From: Chrysemys picta bellii | Taxonomy: Eukaryota | Direction of reading: 5' to 3' | Length of the DNA: 64,000 bases | NCBI RefSeq assembly: GCF_011386835.1 | Contig: NC_088791.1 | Location: forward strand, 163,060,001-163,124,000 | In this document: piece by piece, positions 13,172-25,800 of the stretch | How the letters are laid out: every line of letters starts with the position of its first letter | How positions within the stretch are numbered: the first letter of the stretch is position 1 | Notes under the pieces: model-generated | What the model was told of the DNA's origin: nothing | Seen by the model: only the letters and a program-made list of their open reading frames with translations | The model's database searches: none | Position numbers and translations under genes: made by a program

Positions 13172-14259
13172 ATTAACCCATCAATAAAACTGCGGTCTAT
13201 TTGCTTAACATTGGTCTTGGCACGAAAGTTAATATCAATGATGCACTCAGTTGTTGAGGTAAGAGTCAGAAAAGTAGCTGGGGCAGAGGCAGAAGGGTCT
13301 AAACTCACTTGATTTGGTTTTCAGTATGAATACTCAGCTATAACTTTTATTTTTATTGATTTGATATTTTATTTTACTTGTATTTCAGTGTTATTTATTT
13401 GTATTATAGTAAAGCCTGTAGTGAAAATGCATGGGCAACAGATAACTTAGATAAAAAATACTGAGAGAGTGGGAAAACCGGCAGACTAAATGAGGCTTCA
13501 GAAATGGTCTTGCTGACCTTTCTAGTCAGGTGGTGTCAGGCAGGTCAACATCTTGTAGTCACTGATTTTTGGCAGCCCAGCATTTATAATGACCTTGCTC
13601 CCTGACCCTTTGCCATTTCCTTCTTTCATTGCAGAGCAGAACTGACCAAGTACAGGGTAGGTACCCAGCCAGCTTAGAATAGGTTTTGAGAGGTCTAGTA
13701 ACAGGAGTTAATTAGATTCCATGGAGAGCATATTGTTGCAGTAGTAGTCCTACTCTGTATTTGTGAATCTGTGGTTCCAGACAGGGTGTATGATTGGAGA
13801 AGGAGACTGTAGGCCCATATAATTCTTCTTGAATCCCCTATGAATGTAATACTGTTAAGTCAGAATCACCAGGCAGCAATGTTGTTTTGTTTCTATTTGT
13901 TTTTTGCATAGAAGCCCAGTTCACTTCAAAAGAAATGCTCTCTTGCTAGCCTTGTGATGTAAATTTATTTCTCAAGGAGCTGTGGCAAGCAGCAGAAGAG
14001 TTGGATCTCTGCGTTAATCCCCCAATCTCTGAATTCTTGAGCCCAGGGTGCTCTCTGGGAACCAGGCCTTGAGTTTATTGGCTGAAATACACAACTGGCT
14101 GTAGGCTTCTCTACATGGCTGCACAGTTTGGACTAGAGGGGTGTAAACTTCAGCATGCACTAGCATGCTGTGCTGTAACTGCCCCACATAGACCCTCTAT
14201 TTGGACCAGAGCAGGATGAGACACATGTATTGTTAGTGGGTTTCACAGAGGAATGGTGA

Positions 14260-15460
14260 AACATGGTAATCTTGGGTTCCATGCCAGGCAGTGGAGGGGA
14301 GTTCTATCTATCTTTCTGTCTGTTTCATCCAAGCTTGACCCCTTCTGCCATGTCCACTCCATTCCATTTCAGTCCTGTCTCTTTCCCATCCCTGGCTCAT
14401 TGTCCCAGTCCCATCTTCCTTGCCTACTCATTTCTAGTCTGCACTCCCCAGGCTTCTCATCCTAGTTCATCTCCTTGCCCAGCCAGTCAAAGTTGCTCCA
14501 CCCCACCCCAACTCCACGTCTATTTTGTCCTTCCCTTTCCCCCAACCCCCATTCTCTTTTCTTCACCTTCCCCTACCACTGGCTCCTATTCTCCCTTCCC
14601 AGGCTCCCTCACCTAATCTAAGGCATGTCTACACTACAGACCTTACAGCAGTACACCTGTACCGCTGCAGCTGTGCTGCTGTAAGGTCTCCCATGTAGTC
14701 ACGCTATGTCAGCAGGAGAGAGCTTTCCCACCGGCATAATTAAGCCACCCCCAAGGAGCAACTTCCACCGACATAGTGCTGTCCACACCGGCACTTGTCA
14801 GTGAAACTTGTGTTGGTTGGGGGTGGTTTTTTTTTTTTCTCCACACCCCTGACCGACAAAATGCTAGTATAGACAAAGCCAAAGTTTGTCACAACCCTGC
14901 TTCTCGTCAGACCTATCTGCCCTCTCTACCTTTCCCCACTCTCCTCCCACTGGTTGCCAGTCCCAGTTTCCCACCTCCTCTCAACTCCTAGTTCAGCCTG
15001 TACTGCTCTCCCTCCTTGTCCAACCATTCTGAGCCTCCTCTTCCCCTTCTCTCCCCAGTCAACCAGTCTTAGTCTCCCTGCATTACCCTCCAACTCCCCC
15101 TCTCTTTGCCCAACCAGTCTCAGATTTTTCATGGGGATGGCAAAAGGTATATCCCTGACACCATGATCACTCCATCCCAAATCTCAAGTCCCTGCTCCAA
15201 AACATGGGGGTGTTATAGCTTCTCCAAGCAAAAAAGTTGCTAGAATTGTTTAACATTGTGAAACAATGCTTTTTCCCTTAACCTTGTCCTTGGAAATGGC
15301 TGAGCTGTTGTGGCTGAAACTTTCCAAATATCTGGAATGGAAGATTTCAGCCTAAATGATTAAAATTGGGCCAAGCTATAAGCAACTGAAAACATGGTCT
15401 TATAATGGGAAGTGTCAGGCTATCTTAAGAGGCGGTGCTGCCTGTCCCACCAACAATGCC
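14260..15460. repeat. old interspersed repeat with pyrimidine-rich (CCCAGT-like) core
   Basis: Long C/T-rich stretch followed by GGAAATGGCTGAG...GATTTCAGCC...TATAAGCAACTGAAAAC...GGCGGTGCT, a block I recall from turtle DNA; class unknown; boundaries approximate. Confidence 0.45.
14622..14880. mobile_element. PIF/Harbinger-type MITE
   Basis: TIRs GGCATGTCTACACT / AGTATAGACAAAGCC; 3-bp flanks TAA / AAA. Confidence 0.8.
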
Positions 15461-16797
15461 AGTCCCTGTCCCTAAGAGTTTAAATCCAAAAAAAAAAATG
15501 ACACATGCGGGTGGGAGATGGGGCAACAAGTTCCACGGAATGTGCAATGGAAACGAATTCCATTAAAACCCAAATACTCCACCCAGCTGCCATTTATTCT
15601 GTATAATGCTCCACGTGTTAAAGTATTTATTTAAAGTTTTGTGTAAACATGTATTTCAACTAGTTGTTATAGCCCTCAATCTGTAAAGCCAGCTGGCTAA
15701 TGTACCATGAGTACATCTGTACTGGGCTCAATATGGACAATAACTACCATTTCAAATGAATGAAAATACTAGACAAATAGCACATAAAAATAGCTGGGTT
15801 TGACATAACATCTGCAAGCCCCAATAATATTATATTAGTATATCTGTGCTAACTCAATCTCGGCTTTAGGTTTTCCAGGCTGTGTGATTTGAGGTTACAG
15901 TAAGAGAACCATATGGATACATCTTGTTTCAGCTTCTGCTACTGTAATGTTAGATTGAAGATGCAGTCTGTATTTGTGTGAGCTATTTGGTGTTTTCTTT
16001 GCTGTGAGTTCAGTGTTTTCTCTTGTTTTAATAATGTTGGTAAAGCTGCAAGCTATAAGGTCATAGTCCTCCATTAAAGGGGTTATCCTCGTCCTGGTAC
16101 CCTGCAGTTCTCCGAGTAAGTGATGCAGAACAAGGAGCAAAACTATTATTCATCAAAGAGGGAGCATCGTTTAATAGGGTGTGCATGCATATGTGCAAAC
16201 ACATTAATATCTGTTTGTGTGTCTATGATGTTCCTCTTAAACAGATATCTATGTACCATGTGTGATTTTGAGACTATGTATTAGAATAAGGAGGTATTTC
16301 TAGGTTTTAGAAATACTCTGCAGTACTTGGGAACAATTATGGTAGTATTACATAGACTATGTAAGGTTACAGGATGGAGGCTAAGGAAGATGGTAATTTA
16401 ATGGATAAGTTTGTTGTACCTATAGATATTAACTGGCTGTCAGGGTAATCCTTGTAAGCCTCTGGGTACTCTTAACCTTACTAATACAGGAGTTAATGAA
16501 TATGCTTTTATATTAGCTTTCATTGACCATTTTTAGGATTATTTCACAGCACTGAGCATTAAGAATGTATCAAGTAGATCAATAAACCAATCTGCAAAAT
16601 AATTAGACAGTATCCCAGATATTGGACTAAACCTTTTAAACTTATTTTAAGACACAATTGCAGGTAATCCAATAAATTGGATTAATTAGAAATAATTGCC
16701 AAACAACTCCATGCATTCACAGTGTTTTAAAATATTATTTATCTTGCTTGGTTTACCGTTTAGTTATGGACAACAAATTGTTGGTATAGTCTTCAAC

Positions 16798-18832
16798 AAT
16801 AAAGTTAAAGAAAATGTAGATAAGCGTGATGTATTCAACTCCACAAGGCTTGATGAAATGCATCTTAGAGTACTTGGGGAACCTACCTGAAGTCATCTCA
16901 AAACTATTGGCTATTATTTTTGAGAACTCACAGAGTATGGATGAGGTCTTGGAGGACTAAGGTACTATGTTTGCCATTCTCATCTTCAAAAAAGGGGAAA
17001 ACTAGGACCTGGGAAATTATAGACAAGCAAGCCTAACTTCAATACCTGGGAAGATCCTGGGACAAATTATTAAACAATCAATTTGTTCAAACCTGGAGTA
17101 TAATAAAGTGATAAGTAACAGCCAGCATGAGTTTGTCAAGAACAAATCATGCCAAACAAATCTAATTTCCTTCTTTGACAGGGTGAAAGACCTCATGGGT
17201 TGGGGAAAGCAGTAGAGATGATGTAAATGATTTTGGTAAGACTTGACACTGTCCCAAATGACATTCTCACAAGCAAATTAGTGAAATATGGTCTAGATGA
17301 AATTACAAGAAGGTGGGTGCACAACTGGTTGGCAAAACATACTCAAAAAGTAGTTATCAATGGTTCAATGTCAAACTGGGAGAACATATCTAGTGGGATC
17401 CCAGAAGGTCTATACTGAGTCAGGTACTATTCAATATTTTCATTAATGACTTGGATGGTGAAGTGGAGAGTGTACTTACACTATTTGCAGTTGACATCAA
17501 GCTGGGGAGGGGTTGCAAGCACTTGGGAGGACAGGATTAGAATTCAGAATGATCTTGCTCAATTGGAAAACTGGCCTGAAATCAACAAAATGAAATTCAA
17601 TAAAGACAAGTGCAAAGTACATCACTTAAGAAGGAAAATCTCATGCAGAACTACAAAATAAAGCTAGGCAGCAGTACTGCAAAAAAGGATCTGGGGATTA
17701 TAGAGGATCACAGGCAGAGTACGAGTCAACAACGTGATGCTACAGAGAAAAAGGCAAATGTCATTCTGGGATGTACTAACAAGTGTGGTATGCAAGACAC
17801 AGGAGATAATTGTTCCACATTAGTGAGGCATCAGATAGAGTGCTGTTTCCAGTTTTGTAGACCACACTTTAAGAACAAGGTGGACAAATTGGAGAGAGTC
17901 CAGAAGACAGCAACAAAAATGAGAAAAGGTTTAGAAAACTTGACCTATGAGCACTAGCACCAGAACTGGCAAGGCCAAGGGACCATGCCTCCCTCCCCTC
18001 CCCACCCCCACTTTTTAACAAAACAAATATCTGCAGGATATTTAAGTATTAATTCCCCTGCCACCTTGGCCTGGAGGGAGAGCGCCGTGAACTGGCATGG
18101 CTGGCCAGCACCCGGGTCCCGCTCTGCATTGAGGCACATGCCGGCAGCTGGGCCTTCACCTATCCACTACCAAAGCTGCGGTGGAGGCTTCTCTTGATGC
18201 TGGGGACCTGTTGGATCTGGGAAGCAGGAAGGACCCATCAACCAAGGGCTTCAGGCTGGTCAGCAGGGAGAGTAAGATAAGAAGAGTATGGTGTGAGGTG
18301 CTGGGGCTTTGGGGGGGGAGGATTTGGGGGGCAGGGGCTCTGGTAGAGTGGGGACTGGGTTGGGGCTCTAGGAGGGTTGGGATGTTTGGGGGGACTCCCC
18401 CCGCCCCCCCCCCCACACACACACACTCACTCACTCTTGCAGTCCTTCTGGCACCTGTGCCTATGAGGAAAGGTTTAAAAAAAAAAAAACTGGGCATGTT
18501 TAGACTTGACAAAAGACTGAAGGGGGGAATTTGATAAATCTTCAAATACGTTAAGGACTGTTATGAAGAGGATGGCAATCATTTGATCTCTGTCTGCTAA
18601 GAGTTGGACAAAATGTAATAAACTTAGTCTGTAGCAAGGGAAGCTTAAGTTAGGCATTAGGAAAAACATCCTAACTATAAGGATAGCTGAACACTGGAAT
18701 AGGCTTCCGAAGGAGGTTTTGGAATCCTATCATTAGTTTGTTAGACAGATACCCATCAGGATATTTATATTTAATCCTGCCTCAGCACTGGTGGCCTTTT
18801 GAGGTCCCTTCCAGCCTACATTGCTAATTCTA
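16798..18832 (+). mobile_element. 5'-truncated CR1 LINE (decayed RT and 3' end), interrupted by a hAT element
   Basis: ORF2 remnants (FDTVPNDIL..KLVKYGL, WVHNWL, SGIPEG, KLERVQKTATKM, LGMFRL); 3' end GAGGTCCCTTCCAGCC...TTCTA; many stops and frameshifts. Confidence 0.92.
17952..18459. mobile_element. non-autonomous hAT element nested in CR1, 508 bp
   Basis: Perfect 8-bp TSD CCTATGAG at 17944-17951 and 18460-18467; degenerate TIRs CACTAGCACCAGAA / TTCTGGCACCTGTG; CR1 resumes across it. Confidence 0.85.
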
Positions 18833-19129
18833 CAAGGGTTGGTACCCTAAAATTACAGCAGCCAGTTTTCTTCAGAATAATGAGTCTTTGGCTGAGGAGA
18901 TGTCTTATTCATGTGCTAAGAATTATTTGCAAAGTGCTTGAAGTTATGCAAAGATGACAATGCAGGAAGGTTTCTGTTTATGGTTTTATCAGTATCCTGT
19001 TGTGGGTGACTTGTTATTGGGTATATCTCAGTTCTGTGACAGTCAACAAATACGAACGACACTCAGGAGATGAAAGAGAGGTGTGTGTGCGCCCTTCAAC
19101 TAAGCTTTGCTTCACAGATCTATTTGCTC

Positions 19130-19253
19130 TAGGGTGACCAGACAGAAAGTGTGAAAAAATCAAGACAGAAGGTGGGGGATAATAGGAATCTATATAGGAA
19201 AAAGCTGCAAATATTGGGACTGTCCCTATAAATTGGGACATCTGGTCACCTTA
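19130..19253. mobile_element. hAT MITE (TAGGGTGACCAG family), 124 bp
   Basis: TIRs present (right one GGTCACCTTA); perfect TSD ATTTGCTC at 19122-19129 and 19254-19261. Confidence 0.93.
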
Positions 19254-20647
19254 ATTTGCTCAGCATTTCACAATTTTCCTAGCTGTACTATAAAAAAAAA
19301 AATACAGTATTGCACTCGTTAGCAAAGCCTTTCTAACCCTGTACAGACAAAATTTGTATCTCACCACACTAGTGTATTTTCTGTCTACAGTATGTATCCA
19401 TGTAGGGGAGACCGGATGGAGTGTTTTGACACTGCACGGAGTTCTCCCAATAGCTTTTCTGCTTTAACTCCCACGACGACTACTCCTGAAAATGACCAGG
19501 CATCACCCTCCTGTCTGCTCTCTGCCTTTTTCCTCCCTTTTGAAAAAAAGTCAGTAGCTCAGCTCCTTACTTCCCCCCCCTTCACCACTCCTGCTCCACC
19601 TTGCTGGGGTACAGCCCCTACTCCCTGCTTCCTTGAAATCAGAGGCTGGCAGTTGCCTGCTGTTCCTGCCTTTCTCCCACTTGGACCTGTTGTGCTGTTC
19701 CTGAGCTGGGGGGAGGAGCTGCTCAAACTCTGGGTCTACTTGGATTCTGGCCCAAAGGGGCTGAAAGACAACAATGCTCTGATCACATCACTTGGTTTAT
19801 ACTTGCAATGGAAGGTGGAGCTTGCAGGGTTTAGAGGCAGCCAGTCCCACCAGCTCTTGCCTCTCCAGAATGCACTCTGTAGTGCTACACAGAAGGGTAT
19901 AGAGGCCACCAGCCCCTCCTTGTACTTCCCTAATGCTCCATTGTGCTGCTTACAAGAACAATGAACAGACATCATCTACCTGGAGAACACGTTGTTGTAT
20001 AAATTGCGAGGCTTTATCCCCATTACCTCCTCCTTGATAGTAACCACTGAAGTATGTATCTTTATGAGGATCAGAGCGGTGCTGACAGAAATCTTTATGT
20101 ACAAAAATGAGGCAACAAACTTTCTACTATTTGGTGTTGCTGCTGCCTGGGACAGCACTGGACTGGACTGCTTTGTTTCTGCCCCCAGCAGAGTGTGTCA
20201 AAGGAAACCAAAGTCTGCATGAAGAGATGTGGTGTATCTATACGTCCTGGAGGACTAATTAATCTAGAGCATTGCCACTGTATTGTTGTGCCTGTGAAGT
20301 CAGGATGCCATGATATCAGGAGTTTGCTTATACATGACTAGGAGAATGAGAGAAGAAACTATGTAATATAAGAAAAGCAAAATAAGACTAGATTGAGTTG
20401 TAATAAAGTTTTTATTACCCCAATTCATAGGTTATTTAATCCCTGTGCTTGGATTAGAGATCTGTGGCCACTACTGTCAACTGTGCAGCGTGACCTGCCT
20501 TTCTCTTTGCAAAGGGCAGCTGAACACTTCCAGTCTCCATTACTAACTCTTTAGTGCACTCACCAGAGGCTTCAAGCGCTTTGAGTGCACTCAGCAAAGG
20601 CTGCTACAAGGCTAAGAGTAAGTCTACATGGCAATCAGAGATGGGAA

Positions 20648-22057
20648 CCTAATGCCCCTACTCTACTTTCGCTACATTGATGACATCTTCATCATCTGGA
20701 CCCATGGAAAAGAAGCCCTTGAGGAATTCCATCATGATTTCAACAATTTCCACCCTGCCATCAACCTCAGCCTGTACCAGTCCACACAAGAGATCCACTT
20801 CCTGGACACTACAGTACTAATAAACAATGGCCACATAAACACCACCCTATACCGGAAACCTATTGACCACTATACTTACCTAGCTTCCAGCTTTCGTCCA
20901 GACCACACCACTTGATCCATTGTCTACAGCCAAGCTCTCCAATACAATCGCATTTACTCCAACCCCTCAGACACAGACAAACACCTACAAGATCTCTGTC
21001 AAGCATTCTTACAACTACAATACCCACCTGCTGAAGTGAAGAAACAGATTGACAGAGCCAGAAGAGTACCCAAAAGTCACTTAGCAGACAGGCCCAACAA
21101 AGAAAGTAACAGAACGCCACTAGCTGTCCCCTTCAGCCCCCAACTAAAACCTCTCCAGCGCATCATCAAGGATCTACAACCTATCCTGAAGGACAATCCA
21201 TCACTCTCACAGATTTTGGGAGACAGGCCTGTCCTTGCTTACAGACAGCCCCCAAACCTGAAGCAAATACTCTCCAGCAACTACACACCACACAACAAAA
21301 ACACTAACCCAGGAATCGATCCTTGCAACAAAGCCCGTTGCCAACTCTGTCCACATATCTATTCAGGGGACACCATCATAGGACCTAATCACATCAGCCA
21401 CACTATCAGAGGCTCGTTCACCTGCACATCTACCAATGTGATATATGCCATCATGTGCCAGCAATGCCCCTCTGCCACGTACATTGGCCAAACCGGACAG
21501 TCTCTACATAAAAGAATAAAATGGACACAAATCAGATGTCAAGAATTATAACATTCAAAAACCAGTTGGAGAACACTTCAACCTCCCTGGTCACTCAATT
21601 ACAGACCTAAAAGTCGCAATATTACAACAAAAAAACCTTCAAAAACAGACTCCAATGAGAGACTGCTGAATTGGAATTAATTTGCAAATTGGACACCATT
21701 AAATTAGGCTTGAATAAAGACTGGGAGTGGATGGGCCATTACACAAAGTAAAACGATTTCCCCATGCTTCGCCCCCCCACCCCCAGTTCCTCCCATCTTC
21801 TTGTCAATTGCTGGAAATGGGACACTTTCATTACCACTACAAACAGTTCTTTTTCTCTCCTGCTGAAGCTCATCTTAACTGATCACTCTCCTTATAGTGT
21901 GAATGGTAACACCCATTGTTTCATGTTCTCTGTGTATATATATCTTCCTACTGTATTTTCCACTGCATACATCCGATGAAGTGGGCTGTAGCCCACGAAA
22001 GCTTATGCCCAAATAAATTTGTTAGTCTCTAAGGTGCCACAAGTACTCCTGTTCTTT
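20648..22057 (+). mobile_element. Penelope-like retroelement, 5'-truncated (RT C-terminus, GIY-YIG endonuclease, pseudo-LTR)
   Basis: RT motif YFRYIDDIFIIW; GIY-YIG NVIYAIMCQQCPSATYIGQTGQSLHKRI; pLTR ending GGTGCCACAAGTACTCCTGTTCTTT; frameshifts and stops. Confidence 0.95.
21969..22008 (+). ncRNA. minimal type I hammerhead ribozyme motif in PLE pLTR (variant core, weakened stem I)
   Basis: ACAT-CCGATGA-A-GTGGGC/TGTA/GCCCAC-GAA-AGCT-T-ATGC. Confidence 0.6.
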
Positions 22058-25000
22058 GTGCTGATTTTGATCAAGCTAGTGCCTCTAAAAATAACAATGA
22101 AAATGTGGCTTCATGGATTCCAGAGCAGGCTAGCAATGCAAGTACATCCTCAGGGTCTCCCTTGTGCTTATACAGCCCATGCTGAGGCTCATACTGCTGT
22201 GTCTAGGCTGCCATTTTAGTCATTCTAGCTAGATTAAAGCTAGCATGGGTATGTCGACACAAGCTGCAATTGTACCTCGGATTGTAGTGTAGACATTACC
22301 TAGGAGAACAAACATTTAGTTGAAATTAAACTGAGCATTTTAGAATTTACTTACTAAGTTTTGTTAGGAGTTGCATGCAACTGCATAATTTTCCAGGGTG
22401 CTTTCCTGTTAAACATCATGTGGGCTACTTCACACAGGCTATTGTCATTTAGGGTTGCGTTCAACATTTACCATTTGGTTCTGCTTTGTTTGCAATTACT
22501 TAGTTATTACAAAGCCCAATAAAAATGGAATACCTTCTAATGAAGAAATTTTAAAAGCTAGGTCTCTACAATTAAATGCTGAAAATGAAAGATGACCCAC
22601 ACAATGCAAATAAGTATTGATTTTTTTTAACCTATATCTTGATGCAGTAAAAGAGTAAGAAGCAAGACCTGGGTAAAGCAGCCGTTGGCAAACGTAAATA
22701 AATGTGTAGAAGCCACACAAAATTAAAACAGACATTTTCTACAAACAAAAGCAACCTCCCACTCTTTCTTAATTGAAAAATTCTTGTGATATGGACATGT
22801 GTAATGCTGGGCAGTGAAATACTAGTTTTTATATTCCTCACAGTGTGTGTGGTGGGTTTCATAACTGCAGCTGCTTAAATTATTCATTGTGAGTAATATG
22901 CATTGTGAACTTATCCCTCTGTCAAAAGAGATGCTCTCTCAGTAAAAAGTTATGAGCTTGATGTGGCAATTTCTAGGTAAACTGCAGTAGCCTGTATTAT
23001 GCAGGAGGTCAGACTAAGGGATCAGAATGGTTCCTTCTGCCTTAAATCCTTTGAATCTGTGCCATTTGTAAACAGATTTTGATTTTCCAGTTGCTGGAGT
23101 TATTTAAAACTATGGGTTAAATCGGATAATTAGCTTTTTCAGCCTATGAATTATTCAGACTGTCCACTTGGACTATTTGATGCTCACAGTTCATAGTGTG
23201 TAATTGGTCACCTAAGTCACATGGTATTGTTTTTGCTTCTTGATTAGATGGCAAACTTTTTTTAAGAAGAGAAAAACTGATGAATAAACTTCACTTTGAT
23301 CGATCAGTCCTTCAGCCCTCGTATAGATTGTGCCGATCAACACTTCTTCCATTCTTCTCGTATCCTGGCCTTCCTTCTCCATGTGCGGCCATGTCTTTTC
23401 GTGATAAAATCTTCCCATCTCTTTGGAGGTCGGCCGAGTGGTTGTTTCAGTTCCCATGGGTACCACTCGGTGACAGCTGCAGTCCATTGATTGTACGTGA
23501 GCCTGGCTATATGCCCGGCCCATCGCATTTTACTATGCCTGCTCTCAACGACGATGTCCTGCACTCCACTCTGCTGTCACTTTACTGGGGACTCAGTCAC
23601 AGATTGAAATTCCCAGAATTCTTCTTTCCATAGCCCTCTCGGTGACAGTTGCTGTTCCTCTGTCTTCATCAGCGCCCGTGTTTCGCTGCCATACAACATT
23701 GCTGGCAGTACTTTTGAGGTGAAGAGGCTGGTGCATGTTGCCTTGTTGATTTTTCCTTGGAGGACATCCTTGATAGAATTGAATGCGCACCAACCTGCTT
23801 TCTTTCTTCACGAGAGTTCACTTTCCTGATCGTGGCGCATGTTAATTTCTTGGCCCAAATAGACATATTGCTCAACTTCTTCTATTTGTTCTCCCTTGAT
23901 TGTTATTTGGGCTTTTGACAAGGTATCAGACTGCATAAATTTTGTTCTGGAGTGGTTAATTTTCAGTCCGACTTGGCTACTTTTTGTCTTGAATTCTCGC
24001 AGCATTTTCTGTAGTTTGATAGTATTTTCGGCGATCAACACAATATCGTCCGTGAATCTTAGATGGTTTAACTGCTGTCCATTGATGTTGATTCCACCCT
24101 TCCAATTCATCCACCCCATTCCCATTTTGAGGCAGCCTGTGAAGAGTTTCAGTGAAACCACATCTCCTTGTTTCACACTTTTCTTAACTGGGATGCGAAG
24201 GGGAGTATCAAATAGTTATCTGTAGTGCAGTCAGAATTTGCCTCCTTTAATAGTGTGATATAGTTTGTGTCGATGCCCTTCTCTGCAAGAGCTTTTAACA
24301 CTGCGTAGATCTCTATGTTGAACGCTTTTTCATAGTCGATGAAGGCAATACATAAAGGGAATTTGTATTCCCTTGAGCTTTCCAATAGCTGGTTTATAGT
24401 GAAAATATGGTCCATTGTGCTGAAATTCCTTCGGAAGCCTGTCTGCTCTCTTGGCTGCTGCTCATCCAGACTCTGTGAGAGTCAGTTTGTTGTTATGTTG
24501 GTGAACAGCTTGTAAATATGTGAGAGCAGGTATATTGGATGATAATTCTTTAGATCTTCACGATTGCCGTTCTTGTACAGCAGAATGGTATTGGACTCCT
24601 TCCAGCTAGATGGTATCTTCTACATTTCCACGTAATGGCTAAACATCTGAGCAAGGTTTTCTCAGAGGTCTGAGCCTCCAGCTCTTATCATTTCAATTGT
24701 CAGTCCATCTTCACCTGGGGCTTTTCCTTCCTTCATCTGGTGAACTGCATGTCAAACTTCGTTGACAAGGACTGGGAGTACATGCTTGTTGGTTTGTTGA
24801 AGTGTTGGTACTGGGACGTTTTTCTGAGACTTGAACAATTCGGATTGGAAATCTTTGCAGACCGCCTCCATCCCTGTTCTGTCAATTACTGGTTTTCCAT
24901 CTCTGTGCTTCAGTGCCGTTATTGTTGATGTGCACAGTGTCAATTCCCTTTTGCTTTTTTTAAGACTTCTGCGATCTTCAGCCATTTTTAAGAGGCATTC

Positions 25001-25597
25001 ATTTCAGTACTTCTTGAAGTCCTCTTTTAGTCTTCTTCTTATCAACTTGTGGAGGGGGGAAAACTCAAGTTTGTCATCATCATTTCGCTTCATATTCTTC
25101 CGCTTCTCTAGCAAGTTCTGTATTTCCTCTGTGTTTCTTCCCTTCACTCTTTTTGGTCTTTCTCAGCTAATTTCATGCATTGCCTTCAACTTATCAGTGA
25201 AGTTTTTATAATCCTCATTGCAGTTATCTGAGATTCCAGTCTTCCTTGGAAATGTTCACTTTCAAGATTGCCTCGTCAAATATTTTTGTCCACTGTCTCT
25301 GATTTACCATCTGTAGTGCTTTCTTCTCCACCTTTTTTTGTCGAAGTTAAGCCATGCTCTGAGCAAGCGATGGTCACTACCTGTGTTAAAGGATAGTATT
25401 ACTGAGATGTCTTGTACAATGCACCGCTTATCAATCAGAATATAGTCACTCATTCTTGTTCTTCGCATTGGGCACGATCCATATCGACCTCCTCTTGGCC
25501 TTCTTCTTAAACCACATGTTACCAGTGAACATTTCTTTCATCTCTGCCAGAGTTGCCAGTCGCTCTCCTCATGGGTTCCATTCACCAATGCCATACC

Positions 25598-25800
25598 AAT
25601 TGCTCATCTTAATTAATTAGCCTCTTAGAATTGGTAGGGCAACTCTCACCTTTTCATGTTCTCTGTATGTGTATATATATTTCCTTACTATATGTTCCAT
25701 TCTATGCATCCGATGAAGTGGGCTGTAGCCCACGAAAGCTTATGCTCAGATAAATTTGTTAGTCTCTAAGATGCCACAAGTACTCCTGTTCTTTTTTCTG
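25598..25800 (+). mobile_element. Penelope pLTR fragment inserted antisense into the RTE
   Basis: pLTR sequence; RTE reading resumes across a 5-bp duplication ATACC (25593-25597 / 25801-25805). Confidence 0.9.
25706..25745 (+). ncRNA. minimal type I hammerhead ribozyme motif (CCGAUGA core variant)
   Basis: GCAT-CCGATGA-A-GTGGGC/TGTA/GCCCAC-GAA-AGCT-T-ATGC; stem I GCAT/ATGC intact. Confidence 0.7.

Larger units (their letters stand above)
20616..22300. mobile_element. PIF/Harbinger-type MITE split by a Penelope insertion
   Basis: Left end GAGTAAGTCTACATGGCAATC (20616), right end GATTGTAGTGTAGACATTACC (to 22300); flanks TAA / TAG; MITE-like sequence resumes at 22058. Confidence 0.65.

Noticed and set aside
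14253-15180. Pro/Ser-rich ORFs
   Set aside because: By-product of the pyrimidine-rich repeat, which is poor in stop codons.
18156-18545. Overlapping 117-129 aa ORFs on both strands
   Set aside because: Lie in the G/C-skewed hAT insert plus the CR1 tail; not genes.
19780-19820. SDHIT...LQW resemblance to the L2 ORF2 C-terminus
   Set aside because: Needs a frameshift and has the wrong spacing; too short to support.
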